A stretch of 64,000 nucleotides of DNA from Candidatus Bathyarchaeia archaeon (GTDB taxonomy: Archaea; Thermoproteota; Bathyarchaeia; 40CM-2-53-6): the NCBI GenBank assembly GCA_050013255.1, contig JBEKFP010000001.1, positions 96,001-160,000 of the forward strand. The letters run 5' to 3'. Position numbers and translations under genes: made by a program. Position 1 is the stretch's first letter, and every line of letters begins with the position of its first letter. A model generated the notes under the pieces. That model saw nothing but the letters and a program-made list of their open reading frames with translations. It had not been told where the DNA came from and ran no database searches. Below are positions 28,730 to 38,948 of the stretch, piece by piece.

Positions 28730-28857
28730 TGCTCCCAACCATCTTAGAGCAATATGCTTGCGTTTGGCGCGCAATGGGTTTGTTTTCGGGTTGTTTTGGT
28801 TCTGCGTGGGTGGGGGTTTCTTCCTTTGGTTTAAACTCTCAAGTTGCTCGACGCTCT

Positions 28858-28962
28858 TATGTCGCGGGTTACGAGCTAGACGTTACTCTCATCCTGCTAT
28901 CACTTGTGCTCGCTCTACTTGGCAGTGGTGCGCTATCAATCGACCACCTACTCGGAATCTGA
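28858..28962 (+). pseudogene. DoxX-family C-terminal remnant
   Basis: GYELDVTLILLSLVLALLGSGALSIDHLLGI matches the DoxX C-terminal GYE...G.G..S.D pattern; the upstream frame is not DoxX-like. Confidence 0.65.
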
Positions 28963-29199
28963 ACATGAGATACAGTGTCGATCGTGGTCGACCCCACGTA
29001 CTAGCCCCTGAATCGCTCCTTTCCTTTTCTCTCTTTTCTCCGTGAACGCACCTGACACGAGAGACCAGTCTAGATACGAAGAGTCGCGTCCCATCCTCAC
29101 GCGAGAAAACGGAGTACCTAGCGTTCGAGAATGCCTAAGGCGAAACCGGTTTGTCTTTGTTCATGGCGTAAGTTTGCTCTGCCTTTTGGGTTCCCGAAG

Positions 29200-29820
29200 T
29201 TAGGAGCGTAAGGTTCTCGCTATGATTCTTCTTGTCTTGTAGAAAACATATAGTGCGTCAGCAACTTGAACAGGTGATGCGCTAGTGATTCTTCCAAGTC
29301 TTCTGATGAGGTCTTCATATTGCAGAGCCTCAGCTACGGTAAAACCTCCTCCACTGTATGGCTTGGGGGGCAGACCAAATCCGAGAAGTTCTAGAGCATG
29401 CCATGAAGGGTTGCCTAGGATTCCGTAAGTTTCGGGCCAGGTCAACGTTAACACTGCACACGCAAGAACAGGTCCAAATCCCGGTATTCTACACAATGCG
29501 CTGACGCGATCTTCATCATCACGTTGCATCAGCGCGACGCCTAGTTGCTTCTCTAGTTCAATTGAACCCTGCTGAATCCTTCTTCGCAGCGGTTGAAGTT
29601 TCTTCCATTGTATGATGGCATTCACATCAGTTTTGGTCCAGAACCTATTGCCTCCTTTTACTTGAGTTCCAACCTTGAAGAGATGTTCACTCATTGAAGT
29701 TCGTTCAACTGCTTCAAGCTCTTTATGATAGCAAAGTAATGCATCGAAGTCTCGAACAAAATCAACGAAAATTGGACTATAACTTTCTGGACCAATTCCA
29801 GTTATGTGCGGCGTTTCCAC
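29200..29820 (-). CDS. Hypothetical protein with a helix-hairpin-helix motif
   Basis: IIQWK...LCRIPGFGPVLACAVLTLTWPETYGI. Confidence 0.6.
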   Translation of the reverse strand: METPHITGIGPESYSPIFVDFVRDFDALLCYHKELEAVERTSMSEHLFKVGTQVKGGNRFWTKTDVNAIIQWKKLQPLRRRIQQGSIELEKQLGVALMQRDDEDRVSALCRIPGFGPVLACAVLTLTWPETYGILGNPSWHALELLGFGLPPKPYSGGGFTVAEALQYEDLIRRLGRITSASPVQVADALYVFYKTRRIIARTLRS

Positions 29821-29837
29821 GCTCTGTCACTCCTAGC

Positions 29838-31046
29838 TCAACGTCTCATAGCCTTGTCAAACAACGGTATGGCAACAGTCATGGTTAGGAACGTGTAGAC
29901 TATGAGTATGAGCACGTCGGGCATGATGGCGGCTAGGCTGGCGTTGAGAATTATCACTTTGCGCAGTGCATCTGCTGCATAGTAGAGCGGCAAAGCTTTT
30001 CCAATGTACTGCAACCATCCTGGTAATTGGTCGATTGGGAATAAGATGCCGCTGATGAACATCATTGGGAATTGTAGCAGCATAGTCATCATTTGAGCGG
30101 TTTCTTGGTCGGGAGCGACAGCCGTCATTATTATGCCGACGCCGACAAAGCTTGCTGTTCCGAGCACCATGACGATGAACATGATGATTGGGCTGCCGTA
30201 GATTTGGACGCCGAAAAGCAGCATTGATAATCCGAGGATGAGGAAGCCTTGAATTAGTCCGCGTACGGTTTGCGCCGCCACCTTGCCAAGTATGATTGAC
30301 ACGTGCGGAATTGGGGAAGCTAGGAGACCGTCCATAGTGCCCTGCTCCCTTTCACGTGATATAGCGGACGCGACTCCTTGGAGAGATCCGGTGATTACGG
30401 TCAATGCCATGAAGCCTGGTGCAAGGAATTGGAACGAGGAGGAAACTCCGGTGATGAGGGGGATCTTGGTGATGGAGATGGGTTGTATGATGAAGGCGGG
30501 GTTGACTTTGCCGCCGCTTATGTTATTGATGCTTTGAGTTGACATGTCTGAACCGATTATTCCGAACACGGCGGATATCTCGGACTGGACGACGGACGCG
30601 ATTGTCGGATTTGTCTCGTCAACGGTGACTTGGATTGTGGCGGGCTGGCCGGCGGCGATGGCGTCGCTGAAGCTCTGCGGTATGATTATGATGCCTTTGA
30701 TGTTTCCTTCCACGATCTGGTCGCGTGCTGCGGGGTAGCTTGCGATTTCAGATATCTTGAACAGGCCCTGCTGTGCTGAGATTTGGATAAATTGGGCTGC
30801 AACCGAGTTTGCCGTTTGGCCGTCATCCATCTGCACCAGCGCTACAGGAAGGTTTGAAAAGGCGGTGCCTATGTTGCCCGTGCTGGGGTTGGACTTCGGC
30901 ACTGGTGGATAAATAAATCCGAACATAGTCATTAACAGGAGGGGCATCAGGATGAAGAAGAACAGGAGCATTTTGGCTCGCCAGAGGTCTAGGAGGTCGC
31001 GTCGCGCTATGCCGACCGCCACTGCCCATGCGCTTGCTTTCGCCAT
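29838..31046 (-). CDS. ABC-2 type exporter permease (DrrB/YhhJ-like)
   Basis: REREQGTMDGLLASP; SGILFPIDQLPGWLQ; PLYYAADALR. Confidence 0.9.
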   Translation of the reverse strand: MAKASAWAVAVGIARRDLLDLWRAKMLLFFFILMPLLLMTMFGFIYPPVPKSNPSTGNIGTAFSNLPVALVQMDDGQTANSVAAQFIQISAQQGLFKISEIASYPAARDQIVEGNIKGIIIIPQSFSDAIAAGQPATIQVTVDETNPTIASVVQSEISAVFGIIGSDMSTQSINNISGGKVNPAFIIQPISITKIPLITGVSSSFQFLAPGFMALTVITGSLQGVASAISREREQGTMDGLLASPIPHVSIILGKVAAQTVRGLIQGFLILGLSMLLFGVQIYGSPIIMFIVMVLGTASFVGVGIIMTAVAPDQETAQMMTMLLQFPMMFISGILFPIDQLPGWLQYIGKALPLYYAADALRKVIILNASLAAIMPDVLILIVYTFLTMTVAIPLFDKAMRR

Positions 31047-31047
31047 T

Positions 31048-31863
31048 CTACGTCCGCCCCATTGGAGATCGCAAGGAGATGTGGGCATTAGCGGAATCAC
31101 GCAGCTCGCGGCCTGTGAGTTCAAGGAAGATGTCGAGCAGGCTGTTCGTTTTGTACTTGTCTTTCAGAGCTTGGGGCGTGTCAATTGTCATGACCTTGCC
31201 ATGATCGATTATGCATATTCGGTCTGAGAGTTCGTCTGCTTCTTCCATTATGTGCGTCGTGAGGACAATGGTGTGACCGCGCTGCTTCAAGTCCTTGACT
31301 AGATCCCGTACGAAGCGGGTACTCTGCGGGTCAAGGCCAGTAGTGGGTTCATCAAGGAATAGGATGTCGGGGTCGTGCAGAACTGCACGAATCACGTTTA
31401 CCCGCTGTCTCATCCCGCTGGAGAAACCCCCAACCAGTTTATCCTTGAACGGTGTTAACTTAACCATCTCCAGGAGCTCCTCGGACTTCCGCCGCAGAGC
31501 AGCCCGATCGATACCGTAAAGACTTCCGAAGAACATCAGGTTCTCCAGCGCGGTCAGCCGCGGGTACATAATCATCTTCTCGGAAACCAGCCCTATCCGC
31601 TCACGCACCTCACCTGCATGATAAACAACATCATACCCATCCACTCTGGCCGTTCCCTCCGTTGGTATCAATAGCGTGCAAAGCATCCGTATTACAGTGC
31701 TTTTGCCTGCGCCGTTCGGGCCGAGGAAGCCGTAGATTTCTCCCCTCCGCACGGCAAGGTCGACGTGGTCGACGGCTGTGAAGCTACCAAATTTCTTCGT
31801 CAGACCATGAGTCTCAATCGCGTACTCGGATAGCGGAGCCAAATCGGCTCTCTGGAGAGTCAT
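31048..31863 (-). CDS. ABC exporter ATP-binding protein (DrrA-like)
   Basis: GPNGAGKS; FSSGMRQR; LFLDEPTTGLDP; TTH. Confidence 0.93.
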   Translation of the reverse strand: MTLQRADLAPLSEYAIETHGLTKKFGSFTAVDHVDLAVRRGEIYGFLGPNGAGKSTVIRMLCTLLIPTEGTARVDGYDVVYHAGEVRERIGLVSEKMIMYPRLTALENLMFFGSLYGIDRAALRRKSEELLEMVKLTPFKDKLVGGFSSGMRQRVNVIRAVLHDPDILFLDEPTTGLDPQSTRFVRDLVKDLKQRGHTIVLTTHIMEEADELSDRICIIDHGKVMTIDTPQALKDKYKTNSLLDIFLELTGRELRDSANAHISLRSPMGRT

Positions 31864-31969
31864 TATGATGCCTCAGTCGATTCCTATCGTGTCCGATCCC
31901 TGGAGCCGTCTCAGCTTGCTCTGAGAAACAACAACTGTACCGCATTGCTGACAAGTCAACATTTCTTCA

Positions 31970-33211
31970 TCACTCGTACTTCAACGCGTCTATCACATTC
32001 ATTTTTGATGCTTTCCAAGCAGGATAAAGACCCGCCACAATAGCGATAACAATTGGGAAGAACAAGCTGAACAGAATTAGTTCTGGGCTAAAGACGGGGC
32101 TAGAAGCAAATGACGTTGAACTCGTGCCACCTCCAGCTCCGAATCCGCCTCTGCCACCGCCGAATAGGCCACCTCCTATCACGAACGATAACAGGTAACC
32201 AGCCGCCGTACCGAGTAAGCCGCCGATTAATCCGATGAGGATGTTTTCGGAAAGAAACATGGCAAGTATTTGGTTTCGTCTGAAACCTAGTGCTTTCAGG
32301 ATTCCGATTTCTTTTGTTCGCTCTATTACTGCAACGTAAGTTGTGTTAGCAACCATTATTGCCGCAACGAATAGTGAAACGGCTCCTATGCTTCCGAGAA
32401 ATATCGTTAATTGCCCGGTGATTGCTGATATGCTGCTTGCAATTGAGCCCGCACTTATTACTGAAATATCGGTGCCGTACACACCTTGAATTTCCGATTG
32501 AACGGTTGCAACGTTATCTGCTGAGTCAACGATCACGTAGATTGCGCTGAAATTTTGAATTTTCATCAATATTTGTGCGGCTTGTAGCGACACGAATATG
32601 TTGTTGTCAACATTACTGAATAGAGCGGAGCCATATGGCGAGAGGATACCTTTCACTAGGAAACTGAGGCTTGAGCTGCTTGAGCCTATTTTCATGGAAA
32701 CAACTTGATTCAACCCAACCAATCCCTGACCTGATGAGGGATAAGCGATGTTGTACCCGATTGTGGCAGAAGTAGACTCATATGAGTCTGGGAACTGCCC
32801 GTCTTCAAGCGCTAACCCTTTGAATATCAATGGGAGCGCCCTTGAATCAATTCCAATGAGTGTTCCTGAAACTGATTGACCTCCCACGCTCACGGTTGCT
32901 GGTCTACTGTAGTATGGGTAAACCTGGGTGACGTATGGAAGATTACCTAACCGTGGAATATCTTGAATGGAAAGCGCAAAAGACGAGGAACTTCCTGTAA
33001 GGAAGTTTGACCCTCCAGCACGAACTATGAGAACGTTGGCGCCAATCTTTTCCACTTGAGCGTTTATGCCAACGCTTAATCCGCTTGAACTTGCAATCAA
33101 AGCCATGATTACGGCTGAACCAATCATTATTCCAATAACGGTCATAGTGCTTCGGGCTTTTCGGTCAACTAGAGCTTTAACCGCTAATTTGAATAAATCA
33201 TTTACTCGCAT
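31970..33211 (-). CDS. MacB/FtsX-like ABC permease
   Basis: RSTMTVIGIMIG; ERTKEIGILKALG; GLYPAWKASKM..ALKYE. Confidence 0.9.
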   Translation of the reverse strand: MRVNDLFKLAVKALVDRKARSTMTVIGIMIGSAVIMALIASSSGLSVGINAQVEKIGANVLIVRAGGSNFLTGSSSSFALSIQDIPRLGNLPYVTQVYPYYSRPATVSVGGQSVSGTLIGIDSRALPLIFKGLALEDGQFPDSYESTSATIGYNIAYPSSGQGLVGLNQVVSMKIGSSSSSLSFLVKGILSPYGSALFSNVDNNIFVSLQAAQILMKIQNFSAIYVIVDSADNVATVQSEIQGVYGTDISVISAGSIASSISAITGQLTIFLGSIGAVSLFVAAIMVANTTYVAVIERTKEIGILKALGFRRNQILAMFLSENILIGLIGGLLGTAAGYLLSFVIGGGLFGGGRGGFGAGGGTSSTSFASSPVFSPELILFSLFFPIVIAIVAGLYPAWKASKMNVIDALKYE

Positions 33212-33233
33212 AGGGTTTCACATTTCATATTTT

Positions 33234-33278
33234 CTAGCGTCTCATTGCCTTGTCAAACAATGGTATGGCGACAGTCAC
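33234..33278 (-). pseudogene. 3'-terminal remnant (14 codons + stop) of a second ABC-2 permease copy
   Basis: Encodes VTVAIPLFDKAMRR*, matching the end of 29838-31046 (MTVAIPLFDKAMRR*) with synonymous substitutions. Confidence 0.8.
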
Positions 33279-33310
33279 ATCATATCATTCCTTATTCGTT
33301 CGCTTCCATA

Positions 33311-33387
33311 TATCGGTGCGATACTATCTTATCGATAGTTGGTGATGGGTAATATTAAAATACGCCGCCTGATGTATCGATGCGATA
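33311..33387. promoter_or_regulatory. Divergent promoter with three TATCG-N3-CGATA-type palindromes (putative PadR operators)
   Basis: TATCGGTGCGATA 33311-33323; TATCTTATCGATA 33325-33337; TATCGATGCGATA 33375-33387; AT-rich box at 33351-33360. Confidence 0.65.
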
Positions 33388-33390
33388 TGG

Positions 33391-33801
33391 ATGCGGGGAT
33401 GGCTCATGGCGAAGGGATTTCAGACTGGCCCGTACGAGGTAATGTTCTTTCTGGCTTTGAAGGATGGACCGGCGTATGGGTATGAGTTGGCTACGCGGTT
33501 TAGGAAGATGACTAGAGGGCACATTAAGGTCAGTTTTGGTACGATCTATCCTTTCCTTCGGCGCATGGAGCGCAGAGGAATAATCAAATCGACTCGAGAT
33601 GAGGGGTCGAGTAGAGTTTACTATGCGCTTACGCCCAAGGGTCGAACGGCTCAAACGAAGATTTTGAAACGGATCAAGGAGTCGCAGAAGGAATGGGAAG
33701 AGAAATTGCTTGGAATTCTGGCGATGCATGCAGAAGTGTTCGGACGGAGAGCGCTTCACGCCCTGTTGGAACGTGGAAAGCTCTTGGCGAAAACGTCATG
33801 A
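33391..33801 (+). CDS. PadR-family transcriptional regulator
   Basis: GPAYGYEL; GTIYPFLRRME; YYALTPKG. Confidence 0.9.
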   Translation: MRGWLMAKGFQTGPYEVMFFLALKDGPAYGYELATRFRKMTRGHIKVSFGTIYPFLRRMERRGIIKSTRDEGSSRVYYALTPKGRTAQTKILKRIKESQKEWEEKLLGILAMHAEVFGRRALHALLERGKLLAKTS

Positions 33802-33820
33802 TAGGGGGTCTGGTGAAAGC

Positions 33821-34003
33821 ATGAAACGACGAGCCTTCTCGATCGTTGGTGCAATAATCGCGCTGTTTGGTTTGGTATGGTTCCTACAGGGAGCCGGCAT
33901 GCTTCCTGGCAGTGTGATGAGTGGTTCGCAATTCTGGGAAATAGCGGGCGCACTAACTCTCATTGTAGGTATCGCAATCGTTGCTTATTGCCTGAAAGCT
34001 TGA
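33821..34003 (+). CDS. Small two-TM membrane protein
   Basis: GLVWFLQGAGMLPGSVMSGSQFW between two hydrophobic helices. Confidence 0.7.
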   Translation: MKRRAFSIVGAIIALFGLVWFLQGAGMLPGSVMSGSQFWEIAGALTLIVGIAIVAYCLKA

Positions 34004-34020
34004 GATGGATTAAGTGGGAG

Positions 34021-34434
34021 ATGAAAGAAATGCAACCTTGGGTCGAAGTCGCGAACGTCAACGAGGTCACACCGGGCAAGATGAAACACGTAGAGGTTGA
34101 GGGGGAGGAAATTATGGTCGCTAACGTTAACGGCAACTTTTATGCTGTTAGTGATCGGTGCGGGCACACTAATGCACCACTATCTATGGGTGGCTTGAGG
34201 GAAAACATTGTCACGTGCCCATTACATGGCGCCCAGTTTGACGTCACCTCTGGACGAAAGATTGCGGAACCCAAAATGGGCCCGCTACCAAATGTAGAGC
34301 AACTCCCTGAGAGCTTCCTTAAGCTTATCGAGCATTCAAGCCGAATCACGGGGAAGATCAAGACGTATGACCTCACCTCTTACGAATTGCGTGTTGACGG
34401 CGACAAAATAAAGCTCAAAGTTCCGACGCACTAA
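34021..34434 (+). CDS. Rieske [2Fe-2S] ferredoxin
   Basis: CGH...CPLHGAQFD. Confidence 0.9.
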   Translation: MKEMQPWVEVANVNEVTPGKMKHVEVEGEEIMVANVNGNFYAVSDRCGHTNAPLSMGGLRENIVTCPLHGAQFDVTSGRKIAEPKMGPLPNVEQLPESFLKLIEHSSRITGKIKTYDLTSYELRVDGDKIKLKVPTH

Positions 34435-34680
34435 TGTGATTTCAAAGACAAATCCGATCATGGATGGATATCAACCAATATTGCAGACGTCATCCTCCCA
34501 GTTTCCTCACCCAAAGTAACTACGCCCTTTTTGTCCCCACAATAATCACCCCTCCCAACCTTCCTTGGCCCGTGTGTAAGGTTTCTTACCAAACAGACAG
34601 AGTTTTGGAACCTGAAAAATTAACAACGGTTATCAGCCACTGTTCGGTGATACCGCGACAAAGCTCTGGGGAATGGAAGA

Positions 34681-35847
34681 GTGGTTTCAAAGGATCAGGT
34701 CATGGCGGCACTTAAAGACGTCATGGATCCTGAACTTCACATTTCCATAGTTAACCTACAAATGGTCAAGAAAGTTGACATTGAAGGGGACAGGGTGAAG
34801 GTTCTTGTCGCGCTTACAGTCGGCGGTTGCCCGCTGTCCAAGACAATTTCAAGCGACATTGAAAAGGCAGTAACGAAGCTGCCGGGCGTCACGGTTGTTG
34901 AAGTTGAAACAAGTGTGATGACGAAGCAAGAACTTGAAGGCGTGCGCAAGCAGATTCAGTCCCAGATGGCTGCGGCCCAAACGCAAAAGGCGGGGCCCGG
35001 AGGCATGCCCCCTGGAATTAACCGATTGGAAAGGAAAGGAATTCGAAACGTCATCGCAATAATGTCGGGCAAGGGCGGAGTCGGAAAATCGTTCGTAACA
35101 GGCTTCTTGGCTGTTCAACTAACAAGGCTGGGCTACAAGGTAGGCATACTCGACGCAGACATCACAGGCCCAAGCATAGCGAAAATGTTCGGGCTGAAAG
35201 GCCCCCTCTTCGTAACACCCGACAAACACGTCCTGCCAGCAACGTCGCATTTGGGAATCAAAGTCGTCTCGATGAATCTCATCCTCGAAGAACCACAGAT
35301 GCCTGTCATCGTACGAGGCCCAATCATCAACAGCGTGATCCGCCAAATGTTTCAGGACATCGAATGGGGAGACCTGCACTTTCTACTCGTCGACCTCCCT
35401 CCAGGGACCTCGGACGCCCCGTTGACCGTCTTCCAATCGCTCCCATTGCAGGGGGTCGTTGTGGTTACGACGCCGCAGGACCTTGCACTGATGGTCGTAG
35501 GTAAGGCGATCAATATGGCGAAGACACTCAGCGAGCAACTCGTTTCCGTGAAGATTCTCGGCCTAATCGAAAACATGAGCTACATGGTTTGCCCACACTG
35601 CGGTGAGAGGATCGAAGTCTTCGGCCGGAGCAAAGCACCGGAGGCTGCCAAGAAGGCGGGGATACCATTCCTGGGCACCGTCCCAATCGACCCTGAAATT
35701 GCCAAGTTAGCTGACGAAGGAAAAATAGAGGAATACGCCAACCCATTATTCGAAGACGTTACGAGGGCTGTGAGGCTGAACGCGAACAGGTTGCTCGAAC
35801 CGATTCCCGGCGCTATGCCAATAGCCTGGTCTGAACAGAAAGCGTAG
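34681..35847 (+). CDS. mrp: Mrp/ApbC/NBP35 Fe-S carrier ATPase with an N-terminal DUF59 domain
   Basis: DPEL...LTVGGCPL; SGKGGVGKS; DLPPGTSD; ENMS..CPHC. Confidence 0.92.
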   Translation: MVSKDQVMAALKDVMDPELHISIVNLQMVKKVDIEGDRVKVLVALTVGGCPLSKTISSDIEKAVTKLPGVTVVEVETSVMTKQELEGVRKQIQSQMAAAQTQKAGPGGMPPGINRLERKGIRNVIAIMSGKGGVGKSFVTGFLAVQLTRLGYKVGILDADITGPSIAKMFGLKGPLFVTPDKHVLPATSHLGIKVVSMNLILEEPQMPVIVRGPIINSVIRQMFQDIEWGDLHFLLVDLPPGTSDAPLTVFQSLPLQGVVVVTTPQDLALMVVGKAINMAKTLSEQLVSVKILGLIENMSYMVCPHCGERIEVFGRSKAPEAAKKAGIPFLGTVPIDPEIAKLADEGKIEEYANPLFEDVTRAVRLNANRLLEPIPGAMPIAWSEQKA

Positions 35848-35952
35848 GTTGTCTCACGGGTTTAAGGGAACAGACTAAGATTAATAGGGAAGGCAAATGC
35901 CGAGTTGTCACGGAAGACTTGCTCGCTCCCGAACGTGGAGGTGAATTGAAGA

Positions 35953-36255
35953 TTGGTTACTAAAGATGAAATCATAACCGTGCTGAAGGATTGCTACGAC
36001 CCAGAAATCCCAATCAACATCTGGGACCTAGGGTTAGTGTATGACATTAACGTTCTAGATGATGGTAACGTGGGAATCAAGATGACGCTCACCGCTCCAG
36101 GCTGCATGATGGGTGGAATGATTGCTGAGGAAGTCAAATCAAAGATCAAAGCCATGAACGGCGTCAAGGATGCGAAGGTTGATCTTGTGTGGGAACCGCC
36201 CTGGTCACCAGACAAGATGAGTGAAGAAGCAAAAGCACAGATGGGGATATCCTAA
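35953..36255 (+). CDS. SufT/DUF59 (MIP18-family) Fe-S assembly protein
   Basis: DPEIPINIWDLGLVY; MTLTAPGC; WEPPW. Confidence 0.9.
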   Translation: MVTKDEIITVLKDCYDPEIPINIWDLGLVYDINVLDDGNVGIKMTLTAPGCMMGGMIAEEVKSKIKAMNGVKDAKVDLVWEPPWSPDKMSEEAKAQMGIS

Positions 36256-36342
36256 CCGGCCTGGGCCAACCCACCTTCTACTTCTCTTTTCCCTTTTGAA
36301 ATTCAGACCGGCAGTTCTATGCAAGAATGAGCGCTGACCACG

Positions 36343-36480
36343 TGTGGAAGCGGGTGGATCCACCCATTGAGGGGTGGTGCCAAACGGTGCCAAGCGAAGG
36401 TAACGCTCGGCTCATTTTACGCCTCGATCCCCTCATACGAAGCGGTCTGCTGGTTGACTATGCGAATCAGTGTGAGTGGT
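36343..36480. repeat. Dispersed modular intergenic repeat, short copy
   Basis: Shares three blocks with 11183-11479; contains the perfect palindrome GGGTGGATCCACCC (36352-36365). Confidence 0.85.
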
Positions 36481-36481
36481 T

Positions 36482-36646
36482 CTACTTGGCGCCCAGCTCA
36501 CGTTTCTTCCAGCGCAGGTTGTGGCCGTGGCATTTCCTGCACCGATTAGACGGGCCCGGGTTGCGTGCGCCGCAGTCGCGGCATACCTTGTAGTGCAACC
36601 TTACCTTTTGCGCGAGCTGTTTCTTCACAACATCGGTGATGGGCAT
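36482..36646 (-). CDS. rpl40e: 50S ribosomal protein L40e
   Basis: Below the ORF-track cutoff; translates MPITDVVKKQLAQKVRLHYKVCRDCGARNPGPSNRCRKCHGHNLRWKKRELGAK. Confidence 0.93.
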   Translation of the reverse strand: MPITDVVKKQLAQKVRLHYKVCRDCGARNPGPSNRCRKCHGHNLRWKKRELGAK

Positions 36647-36751
36647 ATACGATTACCTTGAAGCGAATTCGCTACAAGCGAAAAGAGGCATATATACCGT
36701 GCGTTAACAAAATCCCGGAAAGCGCAATCTGACTCACCCGGAAATGCGGAT

Positions 36752-37327
36752 GTGATTTCGACGCAAGCGGAAGACTCGCTGGAGAAGATCTCAAACGAAG
36801 TGGTTTCTTGCAGGAAGTGCCGGCTTTGTGAGACGAGGAAGAAAGCAGTTCCCGGTGAGGGGTCATCAAATGCGAGGGTGATGTTTGTCGGGGAAGCCCC
36901 AGGAGAGCAAGAGGATATTCAGGGTCGTCCATTTGTTGGAGCTGCTGGTAAACTTCTCACCGAGCTCCTTGCGTCGGTAAATTTGGGGCGAGAAGAAGTT
37001 TACATCACGAATATTGCGAAGTGTAGGCCCCCGAACAACAGGCCGCCCAGAAAGGATGAAGCGGCAGCTTGCAGGCCGTACCTTGAACGGCAGATCGCCC
37101 TCATTCAACCAAGCGTAATCTGCCCGATGGGAAACTCAGCGATACATGCGCTAATCAACTCGGATGATCCCGTAACGGAAGTTCATGGTATACCCTTCGA
37201 GGTCGGTGGGAAGACATACTTTCCCATGTACCACCCAGCTGCCGCCCTCTACACCTTCAGTTTGAGGGAGGTGATGCTGGAGGATTTCAGGAAGTTGCGT
37301 GCACTTCTTGACTCTACAGTAGACTAG
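36752..37327 (+). CDS. udg: Uracil-DNA glycosylase family 4
   Basis: CRKCRL; GEAPG..ED..GRPFVG; KCRPPNNR; HPAA. Confidence 0.92.
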   Translation: MISTQAEDSLEKISNEVVSCRKCRLCETRKKAVPGEGSSNARVMFVGEAPGEQEDIQGRPFVGAAGKLLTELLASVNLGREEVYITNIAKCRPPNNRPPRKDEAAACRPYLERQIALIQPSVICPMGNSAIHALINSDDPVTEVHGIPFEVGGKTYFPMYHPAAALYTFSLREVMLEDFRKLRALLDSTVD

Positions 37328-38301
37328 TCTTCTTCGAAGACAGGTTTGTTGCCTAGGACTTTATCGATTCGGTCCATAACCTCCGAATCTAGCTTTGAAA
37401 CTACTTCTGAGGCTTTCATGTTCTCTACGACTTGTTCCGGTCGGGTTGCGCCCGTAATTACCGTGCTCACATTCGGGTTCTTCAGGCACCATGCCAAAGC
37501 CAATTGCGCCATCGTACAACCCAGTTCAGAAGCAATGGGTTGCAACAGTTTCACTTTCCCAATGTTCTGCGGTGTGAGAATGTATTCGCGTAACCACTCG
37601 TAGCCTTGAAGCGAACCCCGAGTTCCTGCTGGGATGCCTTCGTTGTATTTGCCTGATAGTAACCCTGATGCCAACGGGCTCCAGATCGTTGTGCCCAAAC
37701 CAATTTCACGGTATAAGGGAAGGTATTCTTTCTCCACTCGGTCCCGATGCAACATATTGTATTGCGGCTGTTCCATCTGCGGCGTGTTCAGGTGCTGTTC
37801 TCTTGCAATAGCGTGGGCACGCATTATGTCAGCTGCACTCCACTCTGAGGTACCCCAGTATAGGATCAAACCCTGATGGACCAAATCGTCCATCGCCCAA
37901 ACTGTTTCCTCAATTGGAGTAGTCGGGTCGGGACGGTGGCAGAAGAATAGGTCCAGGTAATCGAGCTGAAGGCGTTTCAGGGACTTCCGGCAAGCTTCGT
38001 AGATGTGTTTGCGGGAGAGCCCCCTATCGTTAGGGCCTTCTCCACCCCAGAAGACTTTGCTGGACACAATGAAACTCTCGCGTGACCAACCCATCTTCTT
38101 GAGTACGTTTCCCATGACCTTCTCGGCGTTTCCTTTCGCATAGGCTTCAGCGTTGTCGAAGAAATTCACTCCAGCATCGTAGGCGGCAGACATGCATTTC
38201 AGCGCGGCATCTTCGCCGACTTGGCCCCCATATGTAACCCAAGCTCCCAAAGAAAGTTCGCTAACCTTCAGGCCTGCGCTACCGAGACGCCTATAGTTCA
38301 T
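37324..38301 (-). CDS. Aldo/keto reductase (Kv-beta-like)
   Basis: [19 protein letters not shown]; FFDNAEAY; YWGTSEW; WSPLASG. Confidence 0.9.
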   Translation of the reverse strand: MNYRRLGSAGLKVSELSLGAWVTYGGQVGEDAALKCMSAAYDAGVNFFDNAEAYAKGNAEKVMGNVLKKMGWSRESFIVSSKVFWGGEGPNDRGLSRKHIYEACRKSLKRLQLDYLDLFFCHRPDPTTPIEETVWAMDDLVHQGLILYWGTSEWSAADIMRAHAIAREQHLNTPQMEQPQYNMLHRDRVEKEYLPLYREIGLGTTIWSPLASGLLSGKYNEGIPAGTRGSLQGYEWLREYILTPQNIGKVKLLQPIASELGCTMAQLALAWCLKNPNVSTVITGATRPEQVVENMKASEVVSKLDSEVMDRIDKVLGNKPVFEED

Positions 38302-38383
38302 AACTTGTCCACATCTCCCAGATTGAAAGGGCCATATTAAAGCGGTACCAATCTGAGCTGCCTTACAACCTTCGCAATCGACG

Positions 38384-38926
38384 TTATTTAGCCGCAGAAA
38401 TCGCCCTGAATATGTCGCCAGCTTTCGGACTAAAGTAACAATCGAACAGTAGGTTCGCGGCGGAGAGCAAGAGGAGAAAAACGCTAAACACCATCGGCAA
38501 GTCTCGAAACGAGGCAAATGCAACAAAAAATGGAAACACCATCGACGCTACAGCTCCTGAACTAAACATTGCAATACGCCCGCCACGACCGACCGATTGA
38601 AGTGACCCTCGATCGACCTTCAATGTCAAGACGGGTGACCTCGACGCGATCACGCTAAGGAATGGTATTCTGAGTCTGTAAACGGAAGACTTACCGAACG
38701 AGTAGTACCGAAACCTCACCCCAACCAACCTGCCTACAGCATAGTGTGTTAGGCTGTGTGGAAAGAAGAGTAAGCAAACCCACGCAACCAAGTATAGAAT
38801 CAGCTTCAAGGGAACGAGGGTAACCTCAGGAGCCATCACAATTAGGTACAGGGCGAAGAGAATGCCAACGATCTCAACTAGGTTACCAACCGCAATAGGA
38901 ATCCTCGATATAGTCAAAGGTGACAC
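38384..38926 (-). CDS. Membrane protein, M50/site-2-protease-like with a degenerate HxxxH motif
   Basis: TM-embedded HSLTH, later SSGAVAS and SPKAGD. Confidence 0.55.
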   Translation of the reverse strand: MSPLTISRIPIAVGNLVEIVGILFALYLIVMAPEVTLVPLKLILYLVAWVCLLFFPHSLTHYAVGRLVGVRFRYYSFGKSSVYRLRIPFLSVIASRSPVLTLKVDRGSLQSVGRGGRIAMFSSGAVASMVFPFFVAFASFRDLPMVFSVFLLLLSAANLLFDCYFSPKAGDIFRAISAAK

Positions 38927-38948
38927 CTAACAACGTGCCAACCTTGGC

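Noticed and set aside
28516-28962. 148-aa ORF as an intact gene
   Set aside because: It reads through the tRNA scar and low-complexity sequence; only the last 34 or so codons look protein-like (DoxX remnant)
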